Part shown: piece after piece, positions 53,401-63,270 of the stretch
Layout: each line of letters begins with the position of its first letter
How positions within the stretch are numbered: the first letter of the stretch is position 1
Source of the DNA: Phoronis australis
Lineage: Eukaryota; Animalia; Phoronida
Length of the DNA: 63,270 nucleotides
Assembly: GCA_002633005.1 (NCBI GenBank)
Contig: NMRA01000257.1
Location: 1-63,270, forward strand
Direction: 5' to 3'
Position numbers and translations under genes: made by a program
The notes under the pieces: generated by a model
The model's database searches: none
The model's input: only the letters and a program-made list of their open reading frames with translations
What the model was told of the DNA's origin: nothing

Positions 53401-56400
53401 TCTATTGTATAAGAAGAGGGCAGAAGATTCAGTCTTGACTTCAGACTATGGCCCAGATTCAAAACTTAAATTTTTTATGTAGCAGCCATACTGTTCAATG
53501 TGTTCGCTTCAAGCACACAAACTGGGCTCCAATGAGACAAATTCCTCTGTTTACCAAGGTAAACCATAAGTTTAACTGTTGTTGAGTTTAGAGGTTTATA
53601 ATGTAGTCCTAGTTAGTATTACACTTGTCATGACCATGTTATTATAAGTAACCAGATTGATGAGCATCAATAATAATAATTAAATGCCACTCGCTGTGTC
53701 AATTATTTACCATTCTGAAACCACAGAAGTCTATTCATGGAATGCCTACTTCAATTTCATGCCGCTGAGGTTGCACTGCGATTGCATTCGTTTGTTACGA
53801 TGTTTGATCTTTCTATGGAATTTAATTGTCACTGCAACTTTTTGCAACTCGTTTGAATTACATAAAACTAGTCCCCGAGTCACAAGTTTTTATAACTACA
53901 GAATACATAGGTCATGTGGAGAAGTTGGCATTCCAGGGCTAAGACAACTGTTGATATCTATAAATGGGTGAAACTTTTAAGAAAATCCTTGGAACTCAAA
54001 AGTCTTCCTCATTTCCTGGCGGAGGGTAGAAAGCTCAGATGCAGGCTACTGAGCATGCTGGAATGACAACACGGGCAGTTTGTCTTGAGTGACCGTGTAC
54101 CCATTTTTGGAACTGCCTGTAGGCCACGTGTCAAATCCTTTTATCCAAGAGTCTGTCATAGCCATCAGGATATTGGCTTTTGTACTGCAACCATGCAGTC
54201 TCCAAAACACCATGATTGATGTATACAGGTTTAAACCCCCATGCTCCACAATACATTTTTTTCTTCTGTGTTAGTTGTAACGCTTCATTTCTTCATCAAG
54301 TTTTGCAACAACCTTGTCAACCTCTTGGCAACATAATCTTTCTTCAACAACTGAGGTTGTCTGACAGTTGCCCCAGGTGCACCTGCAAGGTGTGTCAACA
54401 ATAATACATTATTTCAGTAAACATCAAAATTTCGAATTGAAAAATTTACCAAGAGTGCCTCTACCAAATTGAGGCGTCTGCATACGACTTCAGTTTTCAG
54501 GAAAAATGATTGGAACATCACAACCTATTTATTTTTTTGTACAAATTGATCATATATAGTAAAGATATTTACTTTTCATACAAATGAATAGTGCTACACC
54601 CAAGGCAGTGGTAGATCATGCCCGGGGGATAAAGTAATGGACATTAGTTGTTTGATTTTTTAGCTGACCCTAAGACAAAAGGTAGTTGTCCTGATTCATT
54701 GATGGAGGGGACTGTTTTATATGTAGTCGTGAGACCAGTTCTCCCAATCTGAATCCTACCGGCACCCACATACCATTAATCAAACTAGACAATGACAATG
54801 GGGCAAACCAACTTGAAAAGCAGTGTTGCCACTCAAAGGGTCGCCCATATTTTAAATATTACAGTATACATTAAAACTTCTTGATATGCTGTATGGCAAT
54901 CACCAATCCAATGGTATGCTCTCTTTACTCTATAGAAACTTTACCAGGCGGTTCCTACCCAAGTCGACTCGTAACCAAGCCATGTACCATATTTCATTTA
55001 TAAATAATGGCAACATTGGGTCAATGTACATCGACATGAAATGGTTGTTTCCATTTCAAGCATCGCCTTACAAAATAAAACTGTTTTGGAACACATGTGT
55101 AGATTGATATAGGTCCGAGTTGACTTGAGTACGAAAATGAAATGACTTGTTCTATAACCTATAGAATTATGCCGTCCCCCAGCACCAAGGTGAGAAAGTC
55201 TAAATTATAAAATTGCAATTCTTTCATCCTCTTCTTTACAATTCACAGTCGATTATTCCAAAGTGGTTCTCATTCATTCCCTTGCATACATTTATTCACT
55301 CACTAGTAACATCCAGCTCAGTCTCGGAGAAGTAAGAGACAATTTTGTTCAATGCTCAATTGCATGCCAGTGAAACCCAGGATTCGAACCCGAGTCTCAC
55401 GGGCTCAAACCACTGAGCCACACTGTCTACAGATAATCAGAGACCTAACACTTTTTGAGTGATTCGCTATAATGCAAAAAAATCCCAATTTTAACTGAAA
55501 CTGGTATTTATCCACGACTGAAACACGATTCACCAATGGGGATATAAGCGCCTGGGACTGACTGGTAAAGCACCTACTTTTGAATTAAAAAAGACTAAGT
55601 TATAATTCGCGGTTGTAGGATACATATTGATAATATTCTTACCAATCACTAACATCTAATCGCAATTCCTGCGCACTTTCAGCCTGTTGACGTTCACAGG
55701 ACGAACCCGCTGGGAGTGAGTCTTCGGCGACCAGAGAAAGGGCCGTGAAAGGGATCAAGGGAGAACAGCTCCACTACAGAAAAGCTGTGAACACAATCAT
55801 ATTGTTCCTCTGGGATCTGTCACCTCCACCTCCACCTCCGAAAGGTTGGAATCATCTGAAAAGTCCACCTGTCCGTCCCTGTATTGTTCAAAGTATTCCT
55901 CAGCTACGCTGCTGTACTTACTTGGACAAACATTGTTCCCTTTGTGTTCCCCAACACCACGTCACAGATGTGTAATGAACGAAAATGGCGCTGTTTCTAT
56001 TCTCCGTTACAATGATGGCGTTACAACACCACGGCACTAAATATGTAAATAACTTTGTATAGCGGCGTACAATTCAGTTAATGTTAAGAATATAGCAATG
56101 ATAATTATAAACTAAAATTTAGACCACATTGTTGTTCAGATTGGTTTGGACCTTGCAATTTCCTCTTTAAACATCCATGTGATACACATGGACTTGGCTC
56201 AAAATAAGAAAACTGCCCTTAAGTAACCGTTACCTCTGTAGCAGTGCCATTCACTTCTATACAGTTGTTAAACAGAACTTCAGCTCCTTCAGGTGTATGC
56301 TGTATGAGATCCCGAACTGGGGTGAATCCATCTGGATCCCGAACGGACATTGTCTTTTTCCAACTAATAGTAATGCAAAACATTTAAAAGGTAACATGTT

Positions 56401-59400
56401 TGCTGAAAATCAGTGAAATGCATGTAGTATTAACAGTGGAACCCCACTCTGGTAAGGCCTCTCATATAGGAGAGGTTAAAGTGGAAAATTAACGGGTCAT
56501 CAACTAGGGTACAGAATATTGGAAAGGGTAATTATTTAAGTGGATTACCTCGGAACACTCGGTACTGTTATGGGTACACCCATTTTCCTACTTGACCAGG
56601 TATTGTATTTAACATGCATTAATAACGCCATCGCACCCCAAACTTTAAACAAAAATGACGGTCACCATTTCTAATAAGTTTGCACAAAAACGTCACACTT
56701 TTGTAAACTAGTTATGTCACTAATAATAAATTGACAGTGTTAAATAGAGCATACACGTGTTTTTAACTATCTGTAACTTAAATTACGATAAAGCTATTTC
56801 CTATACAGCAAAGATGATCCACTCAAGACCGTCAGGGACCAATGCATTGATCAAAGCAAGCATACCTTTTGTGTTTCAACATTGTAATAACAGCATCTGT
56901 CATCTGATGAATAATGGCTCTATCTAATGCAGACTCTCCAGCACTGTTCTTAATGGTCACGTCAGCATGATGATCGAGTAAGAACTGCACAATTGCACCA
57001 TGTCCCTCGTAGCAGGCGTGGTGAAGGGCAGTGTTCTGAAAGTTGGACTCCTCATTAAGTTATCCAGTGTTCTCCACGACCACTTTTAACGTGTCGCAGC
57101 GTCCTGCTTGGCTGAATGCGCATCCTGTTTAAATTTCCCGCGTCCTGTTTAAAAATCCCGCGGCCAGTTTAAAAATATAGGGACTACTTTGTAAAAAAGG
57201 CATCGTCGTCATTAATAAGGTCTTCACTGGTTCAAATCACGCTTGGCAGCAACTGGCCATATCCTATTGAAACTGAATAAAGGCCAAGTGGTCAGTTGTG
57301 GACAGCCTAATCACCGGTCTCACTCAAGTGGCAGACCAGGCAGCTAGTCTATTTATGGTATAACGCGGCGTGTAAATAATTTCTCAATTATCTATTTAAT
57401 TCATTGGGAACTACTAGCTATAGTCAATTGAATCTAAACAAAGGCCCAGTGGTACCTATACGCCTAATCCACTACCTGCTCACAGGAGGTGCAGTCCCGC
57501 ACAAAAGTCGCTGATCGTTAGGCTGACGCTAGGCCTATTCGTTTTTGAAGTCACCTTTTTGTGTTAGGCGGACAACTGATCATACTACCGATTGAAAATA
57601 ATTAAGACTTGGTGGTTAGTTCTGCGAAGTATACGTTGTCAGCGAAGTATATGTTGTCAGCAAACACACCGCTGCGCAGAAGTTAGACTACGGCCGTCTT
57701 CTGGGAGGCCAGAATTTTGGTTTTCGTAGCACATTTTTCAATATTAGGTGGGCCACACGACACAGACTTTATCGCTACCAGTCTCAGCAAACATTTGCAT
57801 GAAACTGCTTTTGATTGTTCTCATTGGTTGTTGTTTGTGTATTTCTTACGTAGATTATTGGTTACTTTTGGTGCCACAGACCATTGAGATTGACCGAGTT
57901 CAACGCGTTGCCTTATAAGGACTTTCATAGGCAGCATGAACATTACACCTGTAGCGCATACTCCCTCTAAAAATCTGCCAAACGTTCGCTAACTCAACTT
58001 CGGTGGCCATGCGTGACATTTGTGATTTCGAGGGAGTATTCCGAGATTTGGGACAGCAGATGACGTCACTGAGTAAAGTTCAAAATATATGTCTCGCGCT
58101 AAGAAATTGTAGCCAAAATCACGTGCTCTCATTGAAGTCACACGGTAATATCTCGCGTAATCTCAGAGTCTTGTTTACCTCGCGTGGTCCTTATATTAGT
58201 GAATTCTATCCTGGCTTCCGTTACCGATTGACATGCGCATTCTACATACTTAGAAATGTCATCCGCCGCGGGAAGGTGAAGGACCGCTAAGCCTACGGAT
58301 TATTTTAAAAACTGAGAGATGTTTCAGTTACTGATGTTGACTCAGATGCAGATACGACAGATAATCCAGGACCGGATGGTGGTGATATTGCCAGGCTCAG
58401 TCAACAAATCGCAAATATCCGTGTCACGAATGGTAAGAACTGAATTTTTGTCTAAAACGTCAGACATCAGCAATACAAATGAATAAAAAGTTGAATAAAC
58501 AGTTATTTGGTTGCACTAACTGTGCATTACTATTAAAATACGTGGGTAAAAATAAGGTGTACACTAGCTTATGGAGAACATTGACCGCCGCGCGGTTCCC
58601 ACACGTTGCAGTTTTTAATTGTGCAACCTGTTTAGATTTTCAGATGTGGAGAACACTGTAATCCATCCCTTTGCTAAATGTCACATGTCACATTCTTCGC
58701 TTAGAAATAACTGACAATAAAATAATGCGAGGCATCACAAATTTGAATAAATTTCTGAAGAGACAATAAGAACTACTAAAATAATTAAAACCTTAGAAAA
58801 TAATTATAGGAACACAAATATTTGTCACAGAGTAACCATTATACATCACAATTTCTAAAGGCTATAATATGATACGTGTTGATTTTTGTGTTAAAATGTG
58901 CCCGTTGAGACTGGTTTAATTCTTGAAATACTGCACCTGCAGAGCAATTTCCAAGGACATTTTTACCTCTGTTGCAAAATTTGACGCATGGAGGCGCTCT
59001 ACCTGCACTCAGTACAAAATATTGACAAAATCCAAAATTCCATTTTTGCAATATTGCACCAATGATTACGATTGACAAGTACAGAATGATAAACAAACAT
59101 GTGCCACAAGCTATAGTTTCCAGACAGGAGACCATGATCGGTAAAATAAAGGTCATTTATAATTACAGACAAAATTAGTTATACCAGTATAAGAATGAAA
59201 CATATAATTGTGCAGCTATAAACAATTACAAATCAGTGAGATTATATTGTGAATAAAACACAACAAATGAAACGATAATTCAGAAAACTGTAACACTGTA
59301 CAGCTTTTCAATTGAGATTTTATTTTGAATATTATTTATATCTTACAAATTTTACTGATCCTTTAGCTTTGTTATGAATATATCTTAGGTTTCTTTTTGG

Positions 59401-62400
59401 CAAGTTTTCCTATAAAAAGTATGGTCACGTGACTTAATTAGTGGCACATTGGTATGAAATCAAAAATCCAATTCTGCAGAATTTACACTTTTAATTCAGA
59501 TACTTTTGCCATGTTAAATTCTAGCTTGTTTGTAGATATTTGGCTAAATATGAACACTTAAGCTCAATTTTCTCCCCGATATCTTGAAAATGATGGCAAA
59601 ATCTAATGATTCCCCGAAAAAACACGCCAAAATTCAGCGTAATGTGACGTGTCCTGTGCTTTGTGCTAATGCATGACAGGACAACTAATAGCTAGACTCA
59701 AACCCAGCAAACAACTGACCTACCTTAATTTTGTCTACAGCATTCATGGCAGGGTTGAAGTGAAGCAGTTCTTTCACACACAGCATATGACCATACTTTG
59801 AAGCTATCATAAGAGCTGTCAAGTGGTTTTCGTCTCTGAAAAATAACTCATTAATTGAACGTTGCGCACTCATTCAGTGTCTCCCAAAACCCCCAATTAT
59901 AAATTAACTAATAAGTTCTCATGTTACCTTGAGCTCAAGTCAGCTCCAAAATGCAGCAAGAGCGAGACGCACTTCTCATGTCCATTCTTACACGCCAGTA
60001 ACAATGGTGTATGGCCATCAATGTCATCATCGTTGATCTCAGCAACATCATGGTTTAGTAACACTTCCACACACTCCTGCTTGCCATTCCTAAAGAATTG
60101 TAGTAAATGGAGTTTTGGTTTAAAATGGAACGTTACCTTTTTGGTCTATTGATCTTACACTAGGTAGTTGACTTTTACGGAATCATAAATGACAATCTTC
60201 AATCCCGCAAGTGATGCTTTGCAAAGTGCAACACTGCACATGTATGTCTGATTGACTGAATTTGCCGTTGTATTATTTTTAAGTTGAGATGTATTGATTG
60301 TCTTCTAGAGCAAAGCATCAGGTTTCCCAGGGATGCAAGGAGGTACTGCTTGCACCTAACTGTACTGAGTCTTGGTATACTTCAATTCCTAGCAATGTCC
60401 AAGGACAGATGCCAGTGGAAAAAATAACTTGTCCTATTCGTTACTCAAGTTTAACTTGGTGGCACACATCTTCATAAGGCTCAGTGTCTGAAAATTGCGG
60501 GCAACTCAGGCTTGGAGAATAGTTATTAGAACAGAAAAGGGACAGAACATTAGCTTACTCAAGCTGGCAGTTATTTTCGGAAATTAAATTGCTAACTGCG
60601 TCACACATCCAATTTCTTTTCGTAAAAATCAACTAAAAAGGCCCAAAGTTATTAATAACAGATCTCAGAAAAATGTGAAAAGTTGACAACAACACTTAAT
60701 TCCGTGACTGAAAGTAACCATGTTCCAGTGATGCCAGATGAACATGAAATTCTACGACTACTCGAACGCAAATTCGTAATAATGACATTGGTTGTAGTTC
60801 CTTAATTAGTCCTAAGAGATCCTTTCATACTAACTTGACTCTGGTATGAGAAGAGTGCCGACATAAACTGTGAAGATAACCGTTCATAATGGCTTCAGTG
60901 ATTAATGGGCATCAAAGTGAACAGTAGGACTGGTGTTTCTGTCATCATAAAAGAAATCGTGATATCTGTGGCCCCTCTGATAACTTCGACGACACTGAAC
61001 TTGGACATTCATACCCTGCTGAAGTGTCGACGATGCACCATTGAATACATCTACTCACTGCAACCCGACCTGGCGCCATTAACTTCAATCCAGGACCGCA
61101 TTTAACCATTCATACTGACCAAAACTTCCAAAAACATTGATGCGTCGACATTTGTAAGGAAGGCCATATGACTCCCTATGCAAATCAGTGTTATTTGTAC
61201 AGTCCCTGAAGTTCCTAAGACTACATCCTCTCATATGCATGAAACATGATGCAATCTAATCATTCAAGTACTAGCCCATCGATTGCAGTGTTTTTGCAAA
61301 CAGGCATTTAACACTGATTACTCGTAGCCATACTCAGCAGCAAGATGTAGAGGTGTTTTCTCATCTTGATCCCGCGCACCAGGTGAGGCTTGGCTGGACA
61401 ACAGAGCCATAACCAGTTCTTCTTGGCCAGAACAGGCAGCATAGTGCAAAGGAGTCTTCTCTAATTTGTCTTCTGACTCAAGAACATTGCAGTTCATTCT
61501 CTGAAACGTATTACATCAACATTTAAAAAAACTGAAATTTGCAATTCAACTTTCATGTTATCTCGAGCATGAATTTTAGTAAAGATTAAGTAGCAGTTCT
61601 GTGTCACTGTCACAATAACTTGTGAGAATTGCAATTTATAGCATTTGATTGTAGCAGACATATTGAATATGTAGTGATACTAAGAATTACACGCGCATTT
61701 AGTCTGTACATTTTTTTGTGGTTCAGCTCTTATACACAGAGTAAATTAAGATAAGAATCTGAAACTTTGCATACCCTAGCCTCTTGGAAATTGAAAGTTT
61801 TAAAACAATAGCCTACCAAAAATGTTTCACTTAATATGCGTAAAGTTGTATCATAATTGTGACTTTCAATAGCAAGATGTAAGCAGGTTCTAGAGTCATT
61901 ATCGCGAGATGTTATGTCAGCGCCTCTTGACAGTAGAAACTCCACAGAAAGTTTCTGGCCCCTTTGAGCAGCGCAGAGAAGTGGTGTGAAGCACAAAATG
62001 TCCCTAGCCTCTAAGTCTGCCCCATTCTCCAAGAGAAGAGTCATCACTTTTACGCTGCTATATATTGCAGCTCTGAAATGAACATCATTTTAAGTTGCTT
62101 ATCAAAGACAGCAATTTTGCCAGTTCATCAATGTTAACTACTTCAATGAATGGTAAGTTTTCAAAAATAAATATTCAACAAGATGAAATTGATGAGCACC
62201 CCAGACACTAATAATAAATGCACTTGGCAAAGAAAGGTCAATTCGTCTACTACACTTTAATGGGTTCCAAATGAACTTTAAGACTTGGCAAAGCTCAAAG
62301 CCTCTCCAGAAACTCCAAATTGCTATCAGTAATTGTTGACAAAAGTTAGTTGAGCAGAACTAAGTGGTAGTAATTTCATTAAGTATTAGAGTCGTATATT

Positions 62401-62726
62401 AATTACTTCCACTTATGGCCTTTGGAAGGCAAAAAAACAGGTTAAATCTTACACTGGGGAACAGTGAGAGATAAAGGTAATGTTTGCAGTCTGCAAGTAA
62501 CAAAACAATTGAAGAATGAAGCCCTCATTTGTGCAAGACAACAAAGGTCGCTGTGTTTTGAAAAGCTGGTGGACTTTTTTTTTGCTTTCTTTCAACCTTA
62601 CCTGTGTAATGGTGTCATGGTTTCATTGTCAATAGCTCTGATGTTGGCTTGGTGCTCAATCAGTATAGACGCAATGTCTGCGTAGTCATATATTGCAGCC
62701 AGATGCAGTGGTGTCCAATTATTTAG
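41420..62726 (-). CDS. TRPA1: TRPA1-like ankyrin-repeat cation channel, 3' ~814 aa; 5' part lies beyond the right edge
   Basis: Exons: 62602-62726, 61817-62072, 61334-61500, 59928-60089, 59724-59835, 56866-57035, 56234-56363, 51019-51096, 50424-50494, 49194-49332, 48064-48168, 46905-47074, 46706-46766, 46198-46269, 45612-45788, 44970-45164, 43252-43376, 41420-41549 (2445 nt in frame; one GC-AG intron). About 10 ankyrin repeats (TPLHLAA type); pre-S1 MVKFRREGLLSHSL..KW; S4-S5 WVNMTIYLQRLDYVGIYVIMFTTVLKT; pore SMSIGE; S6/TRP-like MPVALMNLLVGIAVGDI; coiled coil. The last exon is less certain. The symbol denotes the family, not proven orthology. Confidence 0.9.
43424..44639. mobile_element. 1.2-kb foldback-type DNA element with ~300-bp imperfect TIRs and 6-bp TSD
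   Basis: TATGGGCAGCGAAAAGGTTCAAAATAGACAACACTGCCAAATAA ... TTATTTGGCAGTGTTGTCTATTTCGAACTTTTTCGCTGCCCATA; TSD ATTTTC at 43418-43423 and 44640-44645; arms built from AAACAGACA(A/G)GT subrepeats. Confidence 0.9.
51652..52725 (+). pseudogene. THAP-domain transposase 5' remnant of the Kolobok-like element
   Basis: 51652-51897: MVHRCV*ANYFNTTQVEGMSPFKF*KDKHLAA*WQVFV.../ICSNHFEDGCFDDK..., a decayed THAP C2CH pattern ending at a GTAAGT donor. A second segment (~52349-52725) includes ARVFIVPVVEIVKSFC....GC. No DDE core was recognised. Confidence 0.75.
53977..55933 (-). pseudogene. Two-exon P2X7 cytoplasmic-ballast-like Cys-rich domain pseudogene (probable KolX-type second gene)
   Basis: Exon 55643-~55933 ends ELRLDVSD-TG|gtaaga; exon 53977-54382 starts cag|G. 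Joined: W CTWGNCQTTSVVEERLCCQEV...CIVEHGG/FKPVYINHGVLETAWLQYKSQY...KRI*HVAYRQFQKWVHGHSRQTARVVIPACSVACI*AFYPPPGNEEDF/EFQGF. Several stops and frameshifts. Missed by the ORF track, which shows a different frame. Confidence 0.85.
55364..55430 (-). mobile_element. tRNA-derived SINE head inside the intron of the ballast-like pseudogene
   Basis: Minus strand TGGCTCAGTGG (A box) and GGTTCGAATCC (B box); anticodon arm truncated, so not a tRNA gene. Confidence 0.65.
57065..58658 (+). mobile_element. Non-autonomous hAT-like (hAT5-type) element, copy 2, in a TRPA intron
   Basis: Perfect 13-bp TIR CAGTGTTCTCCAC / GTGGAGAACACTG; flanks TTATC / TAATC (4/5 TSD); colinear and highly similar to 25232-27083; ORF 58003-58290 corresponds to ORF 26405-26713. 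Confidence 0.88.
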
Positions 62727-63270
62727 CTGCAAAAATAACAACACAAAAACCTGTTAAATTTCATACAAATTTAGAAATGTCAAGAAATACTCAATGCCCA
62801 CAGTCACCTAAAGGGAAAGATGTCCCAGCGGTCATCACCAAGTCCAACCCCCCTCAGGTTGCCACGCAAAACTGACACTGTGCTTGTTTCGAAGTGACGC
62901 TTTACACATCTTGCAGACCAGATGGCTTTTGCTTGGAATTGGGACTACTTGTTAGGGGTGACAGGAAGCGAACCCTGGACTCCCATGAAAGACTTAATTC
63001 TTTGGTATAACTACTATGTGATCACCAAATTCCGCTCTCCACAAAGACTATAAACAATGGGGCTATTCGGAGAGTTCTCCTCGTGGTGTCGCTGCTGTAC
63101 TAGTGGTGATTGAATTGCGCATGCGTGGCTGTCTGCATGTAAACAACTAGTAAAAGATGGAATTTTTATCAAAATACGTCGTCGCGCTAAGCCTTATTAC
63201 TGCTAATTTCCCTGGTGCAAGTCTTCGACAGGTGGCCACAAATTCCCAAAAGACCTAAGGTTACTATATT

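Larger units (their letters stand above)
51383..56166 (+). mobile_element. Kolobok-like DNA transposon (decayed, probably internally deleted) in a TRPA intron
   Basis: TTAA TSD at 51379-51382 and 56167-56170; AG...CT termini; TIR AGTGTAATTTGCAAGGTCCAA / TTGGACCTTGCAATTTCCTCT (18/21); subterminal 27-bp inverted repeat; two convergent pseudogenes inside. Confidence 0.85.

Noticed and set aside
59424-59433. Perfect CLEAR motif GTCACGTGAC
   Set aside because: A single site deep in a TRPA intron within repeat-like sequence, far from any visible promoter.

Overview
Intron-rich, AT-rich eukaryotic DNA from an invertebrate animal (lineage cannot be fixed from the sequence), in a draft assembly with N gaps. 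Three spliced protein-coding genes were rebuilt by hand from splice sites and reading frame. (1) NPC1, the Niemann-Pick C1 cholesterol transporter, on the minus strand: ATG at 24136, 15 exons visible, running off the left edge. (2) A complete 5-exon peflin (PEF1, penta-EF-hand) on the plus strand, 24523-37236, head-to-head with NPC1 across 386 bp. (3) A divergent TRPA1-like ankyrin channel on the minus strand: 18 exons visible, 41420 to >62726, 5' end outside the window. Most ORF-track entries are spurious or exon fragments. The introns hold many DNA-transposon relics. The most notable is a 4.8-kb TTAA-flanked Kolobok-like element in a TRPA intron, carrying a decayed THAP-domain gene and, convergently, a decayed spliced gene for a P2X7 cytoplasmic-ballast-like Cys-rich domain, each preceded by the same 27-bp motif. 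Also present: an Academ-like relic with a nested hAT-like element (5-bp TSD, second copy in TRPA), Helentron/HINE-like repeats carrying CTCF-like motifs, a 1.2-kb foldback element, minisatellites, and a haplotype-overlap false duplication. All family assignments come from motif recognition; no database search was run.
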